DNA from: Patescibacteria group bacterium | Lineage (GTDB): Bacteria > Patescibacteriota > Minisyncoccia > Phycocordibacterales > PALSA-1337 | DNA length: 64,000 nucleotides | Reading direction: 5' to 3' | Assembly (NCBI GenBank): GCA_040387635.1 | Contig: JAZKDJ010000001.1 | Coordinates: forward strand, 243,851-307,850 | In this document: positions 63,104 to 64,000 of the stretch, one piece after another | How positions within the stretch are numbered: the first letter of the stretch is position 1 | Layout: every line of letters begins with the position of its first letter | Position numbers and translations under genes: made by a program | Notes under the pieces: model-generated | The model's input: only the letters and a program-made list of their open reading frames with translations | The model's database searches: none | What the model was told of the DNA's origin: nothing

Positions 63104-64000
63104 ATGAAAAGAAACGAAACAATCCCTCTCATCATTCTTCTCATTGTCTCTATATGCACCTTCGTCCATGTCGTTAACTTGATGGGATACGATGAGGTTT
63201 TTAAATTTTCGGGAACTCGACCGTCAACGCCCTTCAAAACTCAAGCCGCCTTATCTAAAGAAGGTTCAGCATCTCTAGCTGAAGGATTTCTAGCGCCCCT
63301 CGAAAAAGAAAAAGCTTTCACGGTGATCGTCCTCCCAGATACTCAGAAGTACTCCGCGGAATTCCCTCACATCATGTGCAACCAAACAGAATGGATTGTC
63401 GCGAACAGAGAAAGACTCAATATACTTTTCGTCTCACACATGGGAGACATCGTTGATGACGTTGAGGAAGAGAAACAATGGAAAGCAGCTTCAGAGTGCA
63501 TGAGCAGGCTTGATGGCAAAGTTCCTTATGGAATTATTCCAGGCAATCACGACCAATCTTCCAAAGTTGATTTCGATATGTACAACCAATACTTCCCTCT
63601 TTCACGATTCAGTACACACCCTTCTTATGGAGGTAACTACAAGGAGAACCGAAATAACTACAGCATCGTAACGTTTGAAGGCAAAGATTTTCTTTTTCTC
63701 AATTTAGAAATTGAACCAACTGACGATGTCTTAGACTGGGCAGCCGAAGTAACCCGAAAGAACTCTAGCGCGTACATTATAATGACGACGCACAAATATC
63801 TCCCTGATTACGGAAGTGAGCGTGACAAAAAATTGGAATATAGGAAAACCGGCAACACAGGACAGAAGATCTGGGACAAGTTTATCGAAGAATCATGTAA
63901 CGTAAACATGACATGGTCCGGTCATTTCCATTCCAAAGGCGGCGAGAACAGAATCACGAGCGAAGACAAATGTGGCAACACCATCTACCAAATAACTCAA
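63104..64000 (+). CDS. Membrane-anchored metallophosphoesterase (calcineurin-like), 3'-truncated by the window edge
   Basis: Absent from the track because it is open-ended. My translation from ATG 63104 gives MKRNETIPLIILLIVSICTFVHVV...FTVIVLPDTQKYSAEFPH...FVSHMGDIVDD...GIIPGNHD...MTTHKYL...WSGHFH, which carries the metallophosphoesterase motifs. Confidence 0.75.
   Translation, partial: MKRNETIPLIILLIVSICTFVHVVNLMGYDEVFKFSGTRPSTPFKTQAALSKEGSASLAEGFLAPLEKEKAFTVIVLPDTQKYSAEFPHIMCNQTEWIVANRERLNILFVSHMGDIVDDVEEEKQWKAASECMSRLDGKVPYGIIPGNHDQSSKVDFDMYNQYFPLSRFSTHPSYGGNYKENRNNYSIVTFEGKDFLFLNLEIEPTDDVLDWAAEVTRKNSSAYIIMTTHKYLPDYGSERDKKLEYRKTGNTGQKIWDKFIEESCNVNMTWSGHFHSKGGENRITSEDKCGNTIYQITQ

Overview
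A 64 kb, gene-dense bacterial fragment with moderate to low GC. About 95% is coding, and nearly everything from 1 to 49.5 kb is on the minus strand. The content suggests a reduced, episymbiont-type genome (my inference: Candidate Phyla Radiation / Patescibacteria-like). It has a complete type IV pilus (T4P) machine, many very large secreted or anchored surface proteins, a DNA-repair set, and no biosynthetic operons. It carries 7 tRNA genes, none with an encoded CCA end.

Main blocks:
1. 1.2-14 kb: a co-directional surface-structure cluster. It holds two cohesin-like anchored proteins, a dockerin-bearing protein, a DUF916/DUF3324-like two-Ig anchored protein, and a small Cys-containing beta-rich secreted subunit. 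It also holds a 1766-aa giant protein with 5 x ~170-aa tandem modules, a LamG domain, and a C-terminal copy of the small subunit. An acidic membrane protein sits just upstream.
2. 15-22 kb: DNA-damage genes. These are an S24 UmuD-like protein plus a Y-family polymerase, endonuclease V, and a DnaQ-exonuclease::GIY-YIG (Cho-like) fusion. Two perfect GAAC-N4-GTTC palindromes fill the -35/-10 spacers of their promoters.
3. 23-24 kb: a tRNA cluster flanking a visibly GC-richer ORF.
4. 24.8-28.6 kb: gatA, gatC and ligA.
5. 28.7-49.5 kb: the T4P locus (pilM/N/O-like, pilB, a receiver domain, pilT, pilC, 3 pilins, pilD, 4 minor pilins). It is split by a tightly packed glycan-assembly island: a small phosphoglycosyl transferase, a Wzy_C/O-antigen-ligase-like protein, Wzm/Wzt-like ABC export, and GT2/GT8 enzymes. 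I read this island as a candidate pilin or surface-protein O-glycosylation system.
6. 49.5-64 kb: comF, two more large surface proteins, an MTH1-like NUDIX, a cysteine-free MutY-like glycosylase, and recG. It ends with a second GC-richer islet carrying a clan GH-A-like hydrolase and a tRNA-Ile with anticodon TAT.

No CRISPR array, rRNA, transposase or integrase was seen. All family assignments rest on motif recognition by eye. No HMM or BLAST search was possible.
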